Below, in pieces: positions 9,294 through 19,567 of a stretch of DNA of 64,000 nt. The DNA lies in the NCBI GenBank assembly GCA_031441465.1, contig JANOEP010000046.1, positions 32,001 through 96,000 on the forward strand, written 5' to 3'. How positions within the stretch are numbered: the first letter of the stretch is position 1; every line of letters starts with the position of its first letter. The DNA comes from a bacterium (lineage in GTDB: Bacteria > Krumholzibacteriota > Krumholzibacteriia > LZORAL124-64-63). The notes under the pieces are model-generated. The model saw only the letters and a program-made list of their open reading frames with translations. It ran no database searches and was not told the DNA's origin. The translations under genes and the position numbers were made by a program.

Positions 9294-10907
9294 TCAGCTG
9301 CCTGCCAAAGGTCGCGGATCCACGCGGATCCACCAGTCGCGCCAATCTCCGTCGGCCCCACGGTCGAAGTGGGCTTCCGCCGCCTCGATCACGGCGGGTG
9401 CCAGGCCGTCGCCCCACAGCGCCGTGGCCCAGTGCAGGGCCAGCGCACGCTCCTGCCGGACGCCGTCCGGGGCGACCCACGACGGCGCCGCCGATGGCGG
9501 TGGCTGGTCGCCGGCCGCACGCCGCACTCGCAGCGTCGCGCGCACCTCGTCGCGCCAGACGCGGGTCGAACGGGCGGCGAGCGCCTGCGCCCGCTGGTCC
9601 GGCAGGCCGGCGAGGTCCACCAGCGCGCGGGCCAGGGTCGCGGCGATCGCGGCCGCGGCGGCGTCGCCGGCCTTGTCGTCCACCAAGGGCGCAGCGGCGG
9701 CGGCATCGCGGCGGGGATCGTCGCTGAGCCGGGCGAACAGCCGCGGCAGCAACGCCGGTTGGTCCAGCCCCAGCGCCGCGTGCAGGGGTCGCAGCTGCTC
9801 CAGATAGGCGAGTTCCCCCGGGCCCGCCACGATGCCGGCCGGTCGGAAGAACCAATCCTGGACCAGGGTCCGCAGCAACACGCCGGGACGCAGATCCTGC
9901 GGCGAGGCGAGCAGGGCTACGGGATCGACCACCCGTTCACGGCCGTCACCCCGGCGCACGTGGAAGGGCGCGGCCAGCGAAGCGCCGCTAATCTGGGCAT
10001 GGTAGCCCAGCGCCGTCAGTTCCGCACCGCGCACCGCCGCGAGTTCCGCCAGCTCGGCGCGGCGCGCGATCAGGTCCGCGGTGAAGGGTGCGGCGGCGCG
10101 GTACAGGCCGCCGTCGTCTCCCGAAACCGTCAGCAGGCCGTGGCCGGCGAACACGCACAGCAGGGCCCGCCTCTGCAACCGTCCCCAGGTCCAGCCCTCA
10201 TGCCGGGCGCGGGTCCAGAGTGCGGACAGTTCGGCGCCGAGACGATCAGCGTCGAGTCTTCCGGCGCCGGGACTCCCGTCCGCGACCCCGCCCCCGGTAG
10301 GCCCACCTGCGGTGAGGCGTTCCGCGAGCCAGCCGGCTTCCGGGGCCGCCCAGACGTCCGCCGGCGCCGCGCCGATCACGAGGTCGTCGGGACCCGGGGG
10401 CGGCGGCGCCCCGAGCAGCGCGCGCCGGCGCGGGTCGTACAGGCGGGGAGCGAAGGCTTCGCGCCGGTCGTCGTCGTCGTCGCCGCACCAGAACAGCGGG
10501 ATCGTCGGATGGCCGGCGGCGGTGCGCGCCCGGGCGGCGGCGATGCAGGCGGCGACCTTGTAGAGCGTCAGCAAGGGCCCGCCCAGGAACCCGGGCTGCT
10601 GGCCCGTGACCACGACCTCCGCTTCTCCTGCCGCCAGGGCGGCCACGGCCGACGCCGCGGCGATGCGCGCCGGGTCGTCCGGCAGGTCCGCCGACAATTC
10701 CGCCAGCCAGGCCTCGCGCCAAGCGGGGTGGAGCCACGCCGGGGCCGTGCCGACGGCCGCAGCCCCGAGGTAGCGGCGCCACTCGACCGACGCGCCGGCG
10801 AAGGGACCGTCGCCCCGCAGCCAAGCGCGCACGAGCAGGCTGAGGTCCGGCAGGTCGGCGAGCGCGAGACCGGGTTCGCTCCGGAACGGCAGCGTCGTCA
10901 CGTTCAC
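9294..10907 (-). CDS. bshC: bacillithiol biosynthesis cysteine-adding enzyme BshC
   Basis: VVTGQQPGFLGGPLLTLYK, PLFW, LRPGVLLRTLVQD, GPGELAY; operon context. Confidence 0.82.
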   Translation of the reverse strand: MNVTTLPFRSEPGLALADLPDLSLLVRAWLRGDGPFAGASVEWRRYLGAAAVGTAPAWLHPAWREAWLAELSADLPDDPARIAAASAVAALAAGEAEVVVTGQQPGFLGGPLLTLYKVAACIAAARARTAAGHPTIPLFWCGDDDDDRREAFAPRLYDPRRRALLGAPPPPGPDDLVIGAAPADVWAAPEAGWLAERLTAGGPTGGGVADGSPGAGRLDADRLGAELSALWTRARHEGWTWGRLQRRALLCVFAGHGLLTVSGDDGGLYRAAAPFTADLIARRAELAELAAVRGAELTALGYHAQISGASLAAPFHVRRGDGRERVVDPVALLASPQDLRPGVLLRTLVQDWFFRPAGIVAGPGELAYLEQLRPLHAALGLDQPALLPRLFARLSDDPRRDAAAAAPLVDDKAGDAAAAAIAATLARALVDLAGLPDQRAQALAARSTRVWRDEVRATLRVRRAAGDQPPPSAAPSWVAPDGVRQERALALHWATALWGDGLAPAVIEAAEAHFDRGADGDWRDWWIRVDPRPLAGS

Positions 10908-11683
10908 ACTCCCCGCTCGTAGATCAGCAGCCAGCGTTCGGCCGCCGCGGCGTCGAACCCCCGGCCGTCGTACCCGCCGAACGACGCGACGCGGACGAGC
11001 CCCGCCTCGCGGCACAGTTCGTCGAGTTCCTCGGGCGCGAACAGGGCGACCGACTCGGTGTAGTCCAGACCCTGCGGCGGCACGCCCTCCGTCGCCGAGC
11101 GGTCGCCGCCGCCGTACGGCCGGATGCGCACGTCCTTCAGCACGTGCCGCCCGCCGGGGCCGAGCCGCCGCTGCTCGCGGACCAGGCACGCGCCGAGGCG
11201 CCGTTCCCGCACGGCGTCGCCCGCGGCCAGCTCCCGGCGCACGTCGTGGGCGTTGAGGTGGTCGAGGCACCAACGGCCGCCGGGAGCGAGCACGCGGGCG
11301 ATCTCCCGCAGCAGCGGCGCGTGGTCGTCGAGATCCCCGAAGTAGCCGAAGGAGGTGAACAGCGAGAGCACGGCCCGGCATCTCCCGTCGCGCAGCGGCA
11401 GGCAACGCATGTCGGCGCGCACCGGCGGCAGCGCGACGGCACCGGACACGCGGGCGGCCTCGGCGAGCAGATCGGGCGACAGGTCGAGCGCCAGGCCCCA
11501 GGCGCCTTGGGCCGCCAGCGACGACAGGTGGCGGCCGGCGCCGCAACCCAGATCGACGACCGGCCCGTCCCACGGCGGCAGCCAGGGCGCGATCGTCGCG
11601 ATGCAGGCGGCGGCTTCGTGCCCGTCCCGGTGGGCGTAGAGATGCCGGTAGTGGGCGCCGAAGGCGGTGCGGTACCAGTTCAT
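10904..11683 (-). CDS. class I SAM-dependent methyltransferase, candidate bacillithiol N-methyltransferase (NmbA-like)
   Basis: VDLGCGAGRH, LDLS, ADMR, LFTSFGYF; N-terminus WYRTAFGAHYRHLYAHRD; stop overlaps bshC start. Confidence 0.8.
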   Translation of the reverse strand: MNWYRTAFGAHYRHLYAHRDGHEAAACIATIAPWLPPWDGPVVDLGCGAGRHLSSLAAQGAWGLALDLSPDLLAEAARVSGAVALPPVRADMRCLPLRDGRCRAVLSLFTSFGYFGDLDDHAPLLREIARVLAPGGRWCLDHLNAHDVRRELAAGDAVRERRLGACLVREQRRLGPGGRHVLKDVRIRPYGGGDRSATEGVPPQGLDYTESVALFAPEELDELCREAGLVRVASFGGYDGRGFDAAAAERWLLIYERGV

Positions 11684-13338
11684 GACCCGGCCGCCGGCGG
11701 CGGCTCGCTCGCGGCCAGGGGCCGACCGCGGCCGACGAGGGTCTCGCGCGGCGCGTGCGGGTCCTTGTCCGGATGGTCCAGCGTCTTGTGCAAACCGCGG
11801 CTCTCGCGGCGCTCGCGGGCGCAGAGGATGATCAGCTCGGCGACCAGGGCGATGTTGCGCAGTTCGACGAGGTCGGGGTTCGCCAGTGACCGGGCGTAGA
11901 TGCCCTCGACGGTGGCGCGGATGGCGCGCACGCGGTCCAGCGCGATGTCCAGCCGGCTGCGCGAGCGCACGATGCCCACGTAGTCCCACATGACGCGGCG
12001 CACCGAGTTCCAGTCGTGCTCGAGGACCACGGCTTCGGGGCCGCTCGACATCGCCGAGGGGAAGCTGTCCTGGAAGGGCAGGCCCGCGGGCGGGACGCCC
12101 GCCGCGGCGCTGTCGGCGACGGCGGCGCCGGCCGCCGTTTCCGCGAAGAACACCGCTTCGAGCAGGGAGTTGCTGGCCAGGCGGTTCGCTCCGTGGACGC
12201 CGGTCCAGGCCACCTCGCCGATCGCGTAGAGGCCCGGCAGGCTGCTGCGGCCGTGGCCGTCCACCTTGACCCCGCCGCACATGTAGTGGGCGGCCGGCAC
12301 GACCGGGACCGGTTCGCCCGCCATGTCGATGCCGTAGGTGGCGCAGGTGGCCGAGAGGTTCGGGAACCGCTGCTCGACGAACGCGCGCCCGAGGTGCCGC
12401 AGGTCCAGGTACACGCAGGAATCGCCGGTGCGCTTCATCTCCTGGTCGATGGCCCGTGCGACGATGTCCCGCGGCGCGAGTTCCCGGCGCGGGTCGTAGC
12501 GCTCCATGAAGCGTTCCCCGTGGCCGTTGATCAGGTGCGCCCCCTCCCCGCGCACCGCTTCGGAGATCAGGAAGCTTTTGGCCCGCGGGTGGTAGAGGCA
12601 GGTCGGGTGGAACTGGACGAATTCCAGGTTGGCCAGCAGGGCGCCGGCCCGGTAGGCCATGGCCAGCCCGTCGCCGGTGGCGATGTCCGGGTTCGACGTG
12701 TAGGCGTAGACCTTGCCGCAGCCGCCCGTGGCGAGGATCGTGGCCGGGGCCAGGTAGACGCGCCGCCGCAGCGTGTCGCGGTCCAGGACCCAGCAACCGA
12801 CGACCCGACGGGAATCGCCCTCGCGACGCAGGTCGGACTCGCGGATCAGGTCCAGCCCGAGGTGATCCTCGTCCATGGCGATGTGCGGGTGGCGGCGGCA
12901 GGCCTCGAGCAGGCGGCGCTCCAGCTCCCTGCCCGTGAGGTCGGCGGCGTGCAGGATGCGGTGGTGCGAATGGCCGCCCTCGCGCGTGAGCGCGTAGGGG
13001 GCGTCCGCCTGCTCGCCGTCGCGCGTGAAGCGCACGCCGTGGGCCAGGAGCCGCTCGATGAGGCGCGGCGCGGCCCCGACCATGGCCCGCACGACCGCCT
13101 CGTCGCAGAGCCCGTCTCCGGCGATCAGCGTGTCGCGCACGTGGGATTCGAAATCGTCCAGCGGCGAGAGCACCGCGGCGATGCCGCCCTGCGCGTAGTT
13201 CGTGTTGCTCTCCGAGGAATCCTTCTTGGTCACGATGCGCACGTCGCCGTGCTCGGCGGCCAGGAGCGCGAACTGCAGGCCGGCGATGCCGGTGCCCGCC
13301 ACGAGGAAACGGCTGGTCACGGGTTCGGCCGGGTGCAT
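11680..13338 (-). CDS. nadB: L-aspartate oxidase
   Basis: GTGIAG, SNTNYAQGGIAA, REGGHS, QFHPT, LISEAVRGEG, PAAHYMCGG, GVHGANRLASNSLLE, RRESRGLH. Confidence 0.93.
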   Translation of the reverse strand: MHPAEPVTSRFLVAGTGIAGLQFALLAAEHGDVRIVTKKDSSESNTNYAQGGIAAVLSPLDDFESHVRDTLIAGDGLCDEAVVRAMVGAAPRLIERLLAHGVRFTRDGEQADAPYALTREGGHSHHRILHAADLTGRELERRLLEACRRHPHIAMDEDHLGLDLIRESDLRREGDSRRVVGCWVLDRDTLRRRVYLAPATILATGGCGKVYAYTSNPDIATGDGLAMAYRAGALLANLEFVQFHPTCLYHPRAKSFLISEAVRGEGAHLINGHGERFMERYDPRRELAPRDIVARAIDQEMKRTGDSCVYLDLRHLGRAFVEQRFPNLSATCATYGIDMAGEPVPVVPAAHYMCGGVKVDGHGRSSLPGLYAIGEVAWTGVHGANRLASNSLLEAVFFAETAAGAAVADSAAAGVPPAGLPFQDSFPSAMSSGPEAVVLEHDWNSVRRVMWDYVGIVRSRSRLDIALDRVRAIRATVEGIYARSLANPDLVELRNIALVAELIILCARERRESRGLHKTLDHPDKDPHAPRETLVGRGRPLAASEPPPAAGS

Positions 13339-13339
13339 C

Positions 13340-14425
13340 TCAGCCCTCCAGGAGACGCAGGACGACGCGCTCGACGGCGTCGGGACCCTGCCAGGTGAGT
13401 TCCAGACCGACGGTGAACAACGGCGGCGCCCCGGACGGCCACACGTCCGACAATTTAACACGATCCTTGGCCGTGGTCAGCCAGCAGGCGGCGCCGCGCC
13501 GCGATCCCTCGGCCAGCAGGCGCGCGACCCGGCGGCGGTCGTAAGCGGCGTGGTCGGCACAGCGCACCGCCAGCACCGGCGGCGCGCCGCAGAGGCGCCC
13601 GCAAGCCCGTTCGAAGCGCTCGGGACGCGCGATGCCCGACACCACGGCGTAGGGCGCGCCCCGGTCGGGCGCCTTCCCGTCGGACCAGACCTCGCGGCGC
13701 GCGAAGGCCAGCACGACGACGCCCGCCGGCCCGCGCAGCTGCTCGTCCACGCCGTCGCGCGCTTCCACGAGCCAGAGGCGCGCGCGCGTGGCGCCCGCGA
13801 CGCTCTCGCGCCCCGGTCCCCAAGGTAGGCGACGCGCCGGCGAGGGGACGACCAGACCCGCAACCCGCTCCCAACGGTCCAGGACCAGCACGTCGAGGTG
13901 CCGCGGCAGACCGGCGGTCTGGTGCGCGTCTTCGAGCAGCACGAGGTCGCAGGCGGGATCGTCGCGCAGCAGGAAGTCGAGACCCTCCCGGCGGCGGCGC
14001 GACTGGATGATGGTCACTGCGGGCAGCGCGGCTGCCAGCAGCCTCGCTTCGTCGCCGCAGTTCGGGTCGCCTGGTTCCACGCGCAGGGGGCCCGCGGCGC
14101 GCCCCCCGTGGCCGCGGGTCAGTACGGCCACGCGCAGACCCGCGCCGCCCAGTCGCCGCACGAGATCCAGCACCACCGGGGTCTTGCCGGTGCCACCGGC
14201 GACGAGGTTGCCCACCGAGACCAGTCGGGGTCGCGCCGGCGGTTCGCCGCGCGAGGACAGACGACGGTGCAGTTCGTGGTCACCGCACGCGTCGGTCCAG
14301 GGCTCGATCCGGCCGGCGAGCCACGGCAAGCGGGGCTCCCAGCGCCGCCAGGCATCCTCGACGCGGGCGCGCACCCCGCCGCGCAGGTCCAGCATGTCGA
14401 CGTCGTGCCGCTCCCCGCCCGTCAC
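13340..14425 (-). CDS. lpxK: tetraacyldisaccharide 4'-kinase
   Basis: SVGNLVAGGTGKTP, LTRGHGG, GDEARLLA, LLEDAHQ, SGIARPERF, DH, TTAKDRVK. Confidence 0.85.
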   Translation of the reverse strand: MTGGERHDVDMLDLRGGVRARVEDAWRRWEPRLPWLAGRIEPWTDACGDHELHRRLSSRGEPPARPRLVSVGNLVAGGTGKTPVVLDLVRRLGGAGLRVAVLTRGHGGRAAGPLRVEPGDPNCGDEARLLAAALPAVTIIQSRRRREGLDFLLRDDPACDLVLLEDAHQTAGLPRHLDVLVLDRWERVAGLVVPSPARRLPWGPGRESVAGATRARLWLVEARDGVDEQLRGPAGVVVLAFARREVWSDGKAPDRGAPYAVVSGIARPERFERACGRLCGAPPVLAVRCADHAAYDRRRVARLLAEGSRRGAACWLTTAKDRVKLSDVWPSGAPPLFTVGLELTWQGPDAVERVVLRLLEG

Positions 14426-15042
14426 GCGCCGCCCCTCTCGCCGGTCAGCCACGACCCCAGCGCGGCGGTCGCCGCCGCGCAGGCCGCGGCGTCCGCCTCG
14501 CGGGGGACCGACACGTCCGCACCCTCCTCGATCGCCACCGACGCCCAGGGCAGCGGGACGATCGTCCGATCCCAGGTTCGCAGGGACAGGTGCCGCCCGG
14601 GCCGAGCACGCAGTGGCACGACCGGCGCGCCGGACAGGCGGGCCAGCAGGACCGCGCCCTCGCGGACGGTGCCGAAGGGCCCGCGCGGTCCGTCCACGGC
14701 GAGGCCGACGGCGCCGCCGCCGCGCAGGACTTCCAGCAGGGAGCGCAGGGCGTCGGCGCCGTCCTTGCCGGTCGAGCCCCGCACGAAGCCGAAGCCGTCG
14801 GGTCCGAGCGTGCGGATTAGGATGTCGCCGTCGCGGCTCTGGCTGACCAGCAGCGCAACCCGCGCCGGCAGCACGTGCAGGGCGGCGGGGATCAGGTCGC
14901 GGTGGAGGCTGGCGAAGATGACCGCGCCGCGGCGCGCCGTCCCGGCGGCGGGGTCGCGGCGCACGGTGGTCGCCAGCAGGCGCCAGGCGGGCCTCGCCAG
15001 AGCGAGCTTCAGCGCCTGCACCCGGCCCAAGCCGGCGTTCAT
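14422..15042 (-). CDS. DUF374 / lysophospholipid acyltransferase family protein
   Basis: LVSQSRDGD, VRGST, LAVDGPRGP, TWDRTIVPLPW. Confidence 0.8.
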   Translation of the reverse strand: MNAGLGRVQALKLALARPAWRLLATTVRRDPAAGTARRGAVIFASLHRDLIPAALHVLPARVALLVSQSRDGDILIRTLGPDGFGFVRGSTGKDGADALRSLLEVLRGGGAVGLAVDGPRGPFGTVREGAVLLARLSGAPVVPLRARPGRHLSLRTWDRTIVPLPWASVAIEEGADVSVPREADAAACAAATAALGSWLTGERGGA

Positions 15043-16223
15043 CGTCCGACTCCGGTCCGCTCGCGCCAGAGGGACACGACCGCGTCGGCGGCGCGGTCCC
15101 AGAATCCGGCGCCGCCGAGGCGCGCGCGCAGTTCGTCCACGCCGGCGGCGAAGTGTGCCCTTCGCGCGTCGGAAGCGAGCCAATCGCGCAGGTCGGCGGC
15201 CAGGGCGTCGGGCCGCGCCGCGTCCTGGACGAACTCGCGCACCAAGGGGCTTTCGCGGGGACGCTCCAGCACCAGGTTGGCCAGCCCGATCCAATCCAGG
15301 CGCACCAGCCGGCGAGCCAGGGCGTAAGTCAGCGGCGAGGTGCGGTAGACCAGGGCGTGCGGCACGCCGGCCAGAGCGACCTCGAGCGAGGCCGTCCCGC
15401 TACAGACCAGCGCCAGATCGAGGTCGCGGGTCAGGGAGGCGAGCGGCTCCTCGCTGACGCGCAGGCCCGCCCCGGGATCGTCCGGCACGGGCGCCCCGGG
15501 TGCGCGGCTGACGACACCCTGGAAGACGCGGCTCGGCGAGCCCGCCTGCAGCTGGACGAAGGCCTCGCGCAGCACCGGCAGCAAGGCGCGCACCTCCTGG
15601 GCGCGGCTGCCCGGCAGCAGGCCGACCGTCAACGGCGCCGCGGGATCGCGCCGGCGTTCTTCGCGCCGCCGCAACGCGCGGTCGACCTCCGGCTGGGGGT
15701 GGTCCTCGACCAGGGGATGGCCGAGGGACACGGCGGGGATGCCGCGATCGCGGAAATAGCGCTCCTCGAAGGGCAGCACGACCCCGAGGCGATCCACCGC
15801 GCGGCGCACGCCGCCGGCGCGCCAGGCGCCCCAGGCCCAAAGCTGCGGGGCGATCAGGTAGAACACGGGCACTCCGGCGGTGCGGGCGTGACGGGCCAGA
15901 CCGAGGTTGAAGCCGGGATAGTCGACGGGCAGGAAGAGGTCCACGTCGCCGCCCGACAGCAGCGCGCGCAGCCGACGGCGGGCGGCCAGCAACGGCCGCA
16001 GCGCCGCGAACACCTCGGCCAGCCCCATCACCGACAACCCGTCGGACGGCTGCACGATGTCGGCGCCGGCCGCGCGCAGCGCCTCACCGCCCAGAGCCGA
16101 GAAGCGCGCGGCGGGCAGGCGCTCGCGCAGGGCCGTCAGCAACGCCGCGCCGTAGCGGTCGCCGCTCGCCTCGCCGCAGGACAGCAGGATGTGGGGAGAC
16201 GTGGAGGCCGGGCGGGTCGTCAC
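15039..16223 (-). CDS. lpxB: lipid-A-disaccharide synthase
   Basis: GEASGD, VMGLAEV, VDYPGFN, APQLWAW, LPFE, GHP, LLPGSR, SGTASLE. Confidence 0.92.
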   Translation of the reverse strand: MTTRPASTSPHILLSCGEASGDRYGAALLTALRERLPAARFSALGGEALRAAGADIVQPSDGLSVMGLAEVFAALRPLLAARRRLRALLSGGDVDLFLPVDYPGFNLGLARHARTAGVPVFYLIAPQLWAWGAWRAGGVRRAVDRLGVVLPFEERYFRDRGIPAVSLGHPLVEDHPQPEVDRALRRREERRRDPAAPLTVGLLPGSRAQEVRALLPVLREAFVQLQAGSPSRVFQGVVSRAPGAPVPDDPGAGLRVSEEPLASLTRDLDLALVCSGTASLEVALAGVPHALVYRTSPLTYALARRLVRLDWIGLANLVLERPRESPLVREFVQDAARPDALAADLRDWLASDARRAHFAAGVDELRARLGGAGFWDRAADAVVSLWRERTGVGR

Positions 16224-16285
16224 CGGTTTCCCCCGGGATCCGACGGCGGCCGCGGAGCCGCCGTCTCCGGTTGCGCGGGCCGCCG

Positions 16286-17107
16286 TCAGCGGACGATGCC
16301 GCGCTCGGAACGGCGGATGAAGGCCATCAATTCCTCGATGTAGGGATCGAGGGCGCAGTCCAGGGCGATCCGCTCGAGCGCCTGGCTCACGTTCAGGCCG
16401 CTGCGGAACAGCAGGCGGTAGGCGGTCTTGAGGTTCATCAACGTCGCCTCGTCGAAGCCGCGGCGCTTCAGGCCGACGCTGTTGAGGCCGTGGACCTCCA
16501 CCGGATTGCCCGCGACCCGGATGTAGGGGGCCACGTCCTGGGCCATGCGGCTGCCGCCGCCGATGAAGGCGTGCTCGCCGATGCGCACGAACTGGTGGAC
16601 GGGCGTCATGCCGCCGACGATCGCCCAGCGGCCGATCTCCACGTGCCCGGCCAGGTTCACCGCGTTGGCCAGGATGCAGTGGTCCTGGATCAGGCAGTTG
16701 TGGGCCACGTGCACGTAGGCCATCAGCATGTTGCCGTCGCCGATGCGGGTCTTCTCGTTCTCGCCGGTCGCCAGGTGGACGGTGACGAACTCGCGGATGA
16801 CGTTGTTGTCGCCGATCTCGATGTGGCTGAGTTCGCCGCGGTACTTGAGGTCCTGCGGCTCGGTGCCGATGACCGCGCCGTGGAACACGCGGTTGCCGCG
16901 ACCGAGCGTGGTGTGGCCGTCGACCAGGACCGAGGAGCCGATCTCGCACTCGGGTCCGATCTCGACGTGGGGACCGATGATGGCGAACGGGCCCACCTTG
17001 ACGCCGTGCCCGAGGCGCGCGTCGGGATGGACCACCGCGGTCGGGTGGATCTCGGGCGGACGGACCGGCCTGATCTCGCCCGCGCGCTTGATGATCGGAG
17101 TCGCCAC
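16286..17107 (-). CDS. lpxA: acyl-ACP--UDP-N-acetylglucosamine O-acyltransferase
   Basis: IHPTAVV, hexapeptide repeats, PQDLKY, IREFVTVH, HVAHNC, VHQFVRIG, GLNSVGLKRRGF. Confidence 0.94.
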   Translation of the reverse strand: MATPIIKRAGEIRPVRPPEIHPTAVVHPDARLGHGVKVGPFAIIGPHVEIGPECEIGSSVLVDGHTTLGRGNRVFHGAVIGTEPQDLKYRGELSHIEIGDNNVIREFVTVHLATGENEKTRIGDGNMLMAYVHVAHNCLIQDHCILANAVNLAGHVEIGRWAIVGGMTPVHQFVRIGEHAFIGGGSRMAQDVAPYIRVAGNPVEVHGLNSVGLKRRGFDEATLMNLKTAYRLLFRSGLNVSQALERIALDCALDPYIEELMAFIRRSERGIVR

Positions 17108-17129
17108 GATGAACCCTCCCCGGGACCGT

Positions 17130-18443
17130 TCAGCGGTCCACGATCGTCGACATGAGGTCGGCCTCGGCCACCAGTTCGCCGTCCACGTAGGCGCATCCCC
17201 GCATCTTGCAGAGGGGGCCCCGCAACTTCACGAGTTCCAGTTCGAACCGGATCTGGTCGCCGGGTGTGACCGGCCGGCGGAATCTTGCACCGTCGATGCC
17301 GCTGAAGTAAACAAGTTTCGTCTCCGGATGGTCGACGCTGCTCATCAGCAGCACGCCGCCGACCTGGGCCATCGCCTCGGTGATCAGGACCGCCGGCATG
17401 ATCGGATGACCCGGGAAGTGGCCCACGAAGAACGGCTCGTTGATCGTCACGTTCTTGAGACCCACGACGCGCTTGCCGATCTCCAGCTCCAGGATCCGGT
17501 CCACCAGCAGCAGCGGGTAGCGGTGCGGCATCACCTTCATGATCGAGGCGATGTCCCAGTAGGCGGGCGCGCGCGGCGGGTAGATCCGCGTGCCGCGACG
17601 CTCGCGTTCCGCGAGCAGGGACGCCAGCCGGATGTTGGCGTCGTGGCCGGAGCGCCGCGCCGTCACGTGGCCCTGCAGGGGCACGCCGACGAGCGCCAGA
17701 TCGCCGATCAGGTCCAGGATCTTGTGGCGGACGAACTCGTCCGGGAACCGCAGCGGCGAGTCGTTGAGCAGCTGCCCGTCAGCCACGACCATCGCGTTCT
17801 CCAGCGTGCCGCCCTTGCCCAGCCCCATGGCCTTGAGCTTCTCGACGTCGCGTTGCAGCGCGAAGGTGCGGCAGGGGGCGATCTCGTGCCGGTAGACGTC
17901 CGGCGTGATCAGGAAGGAGGCGACCTGCACCCCGATCAGGGGGTCGTCGTAGTCGATGTGGAAGGTGATGCGCAGCCCGTCGTCCGGGACGGCCTCCAGC
18001 GACACGTCCCCGTCGCGGAAGCTGACGGGCACCTCGACCCGGTGGAAGGCCGCCGGCAGACCCTGGTCCACGATCACGGCCTGGTCGATCATGGCCACGA
18101 AATCGAGCGTGCTGCCGGCGCGGGGCTCCGGGGGCTCGGGCCCGTCCAGCTCGACGTAGCAGTTGGTGACGCCCATGCCGCTCAGGGCGGACAGGACGTG
18201 CTCCACGGTCAGGATCCGGGCGCCGTCGCGTTCGAGCGTGGTGTTGCGCACGCCGTGGTGGCCCACCGGCACGCACTCGGAGCGGGCCGGGATCTCCACC
18301 TGGCCGTGCGGACCAGGCACGCGGAACACCAGGCCGGTGTTGGGCGGCGCCGGACAGAAGGCGACCGTGGCCTCGGAGCCGGAATGCAGCCCCCGTCCGG
18401 TCATCGCCACGCGGCGGCCCAGCGTCTTCTGCAGGATCAGCAC
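17130..18443 (-). CDS. lpxC-fabZ: bifunctional LpxC deacetylase / FabZ dehydratase
   Basis: [32 protein letters not shown], then [26 protein letters not shown]. Confidence 0.93.
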   Translation of the reverse strand: MLILQKTLGRRVAMTGRGLHSGSEATVAFCPAPPNTGLVFRVPGPHGQVEIPARSECVPVGHHGVRNTTLERDGARILTVEHVLSALSGMGVTNCYVELDGPEPPEPRAGSTLDFVAMIDQAVIVDQGLPAAFHRVEVPVSFRDGDVSLEAVPDDGLRITFHIDYDDPLIGVQVASFLITPDVYRHEIAPCRTFALQRDVEKLKAMGLGKGGTLENAMVVADGQLLNDSPLRFPDEFVRHKILDLIGDLALVGVPLQGHVTARRSGHDANIRLASLLAERERRGTRIYPPRAPAYWDIASIMKVMPHRYPLLLVDRILELEIGKRVVGLKNVTINEPFFVGHFPGHPIMPAVLITEAMAQVGGVLLMSSVDHPETKLVYFSGIDGARFRRPVTPGDQIRFELELVKLRGPLCKMRGCAYVDGELVAEADLMSTIVDR

Positions 18444-18444
18444 G

Positions 18445-19479
18445 TCAGTCCTTCTCCCCTTCGTGCCGGCGGCCCAGCGCGGCCTCGACCTTCGCCAGGC
18501 GCTGGAACAGCTCGGGCAATCGGTGCGTGAGGGCCACGACCTTGAATCCCTTGCGGAACTCGATCGCCGGGTAGCCGAAGATCGACTGGCCGGCGGGAAC
18601 GTCGCGGGTGATCCCGCTCTTGGCCGCCACCTTGACCCCGTCGCCCAGGGCGAGGTGGTCGGCCATGCCGACCTGCCCGCCGAGCGTCACCCCGTCGCCC
18701 AGGCGGCAGCTGCCCGAGATCCCGCTCTGGGCCGAGATCGCGCAGTGGCTGCCCAGGGACACGTTGTGGGCGATCTGGACCAGGTTGTCCAGCTTGGTCC
18801 CTTCGCCGATACTGGTCACGCCGGTGGTGGCGCGGTCGATGCACGTGTTGGCGCCGACTTCCACCCGCGAGCCGAGCATCACGATCCCGATCTGCGGGAT
18901 CTTGACGAGGCCCGCCCGACCCGGATGGTAGCCGAAACCGTCGCTGCCGACCACGGCTCCGCCGTGCAGGATCACCTCGTCGCCCAGGACGCAGCGCTCG
19001 CGCACCTGCGCCGCCGCGTGCAGCAGGCAGCGCTCGCCCAGGACCGCGTCGGCCTCGACCACCACGTGGGGTCCCAGCCGGCAGCCCGCGCCGATCCTGG
19101 CGCCCGGACCCACCACGCAGTAGGGCCCCAGGGCGACATCCGGGGCCAGCTCGGCCGTCGGGTCCACCACGGCGGTCGGATGCCGCCCGTCCGGGAACAC
19201 GCGCGCCAGGGGCGGCGCGAACAGCGCCAGCAACTGGCTGAAGGCGGCCCGGGGATCGGCGGCCCGCAGCACCGGCAACGGGCAAGGCACGCCGGGACGC
19301 GCCACGACGGCGGCGGCCCGGGTGCCGGCGAGGCCGGCCTCGCGCTTGCGGTCGACCGCGAAGGTGAGGTCACCGGGACCGGCGTCCTCGAAACCCGCCA
19401 CGCCCCGGATCTCCGGATCGGCCGCACCTTCCCAGGGAAGGCCCAGTCGTTGCGCCAGTTCGCTCAGTCGGTAACCCAT
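18445..19479 (-). CDS. lpxD: UDP-3-O-acylglucosamine N-acyltransferase
   Basis: [33 protein letters not shown]. Confidence 0.94.
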   Translation of the reverse strand: MGYRLSELAQRLGLPWEGAADPEIRGVAGFEDAGPGDLTFAVDRKREAGLAGTRAAAVVARPGVPCPLPVLRAADPRAAFSQLLALFAPPLARVFPDGRHPTAVVDPTAELAPDVALGPYCVVGPGARIGAGCRLGPHVVVEADAVLGERCLLHAAAQVRERCVLGDEVILHGGAVVGSDGFGYHPGRAGLVKIPQIGIVMLGSRVEVGANTCIDRATTGVTSIGEGTKLDNLVQIAHNVSLGSHCAISAQSGISGSCRLGDGVTLGGQVGMADHLALGDGVKVAAKSGITRDVPAGQSIFGYPAIEFRKGFKVVALTHRLPELFQRLAKVEAALGRRHEGEKD

Positions 19480-19567
19480 GCGGCCGGATCCCCGATCACG
19501 AAACGACCCCGCTCCATCCGGGTTGCGAACGAAGGGGGGCGCGTCGCTCGTTGAAAAAGACGATCAA

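Noticed and set aside
7369..12796. Apparent giant fusions from the ORF track (828-aa BshA, 759-aa BshC, 630-aa MTase)
   Set aside because: The N-terminal parts are Arg/Gly/Pro-rich off-frame readings of upstream genes; real starts sit at ATGA/GTGA overlaps
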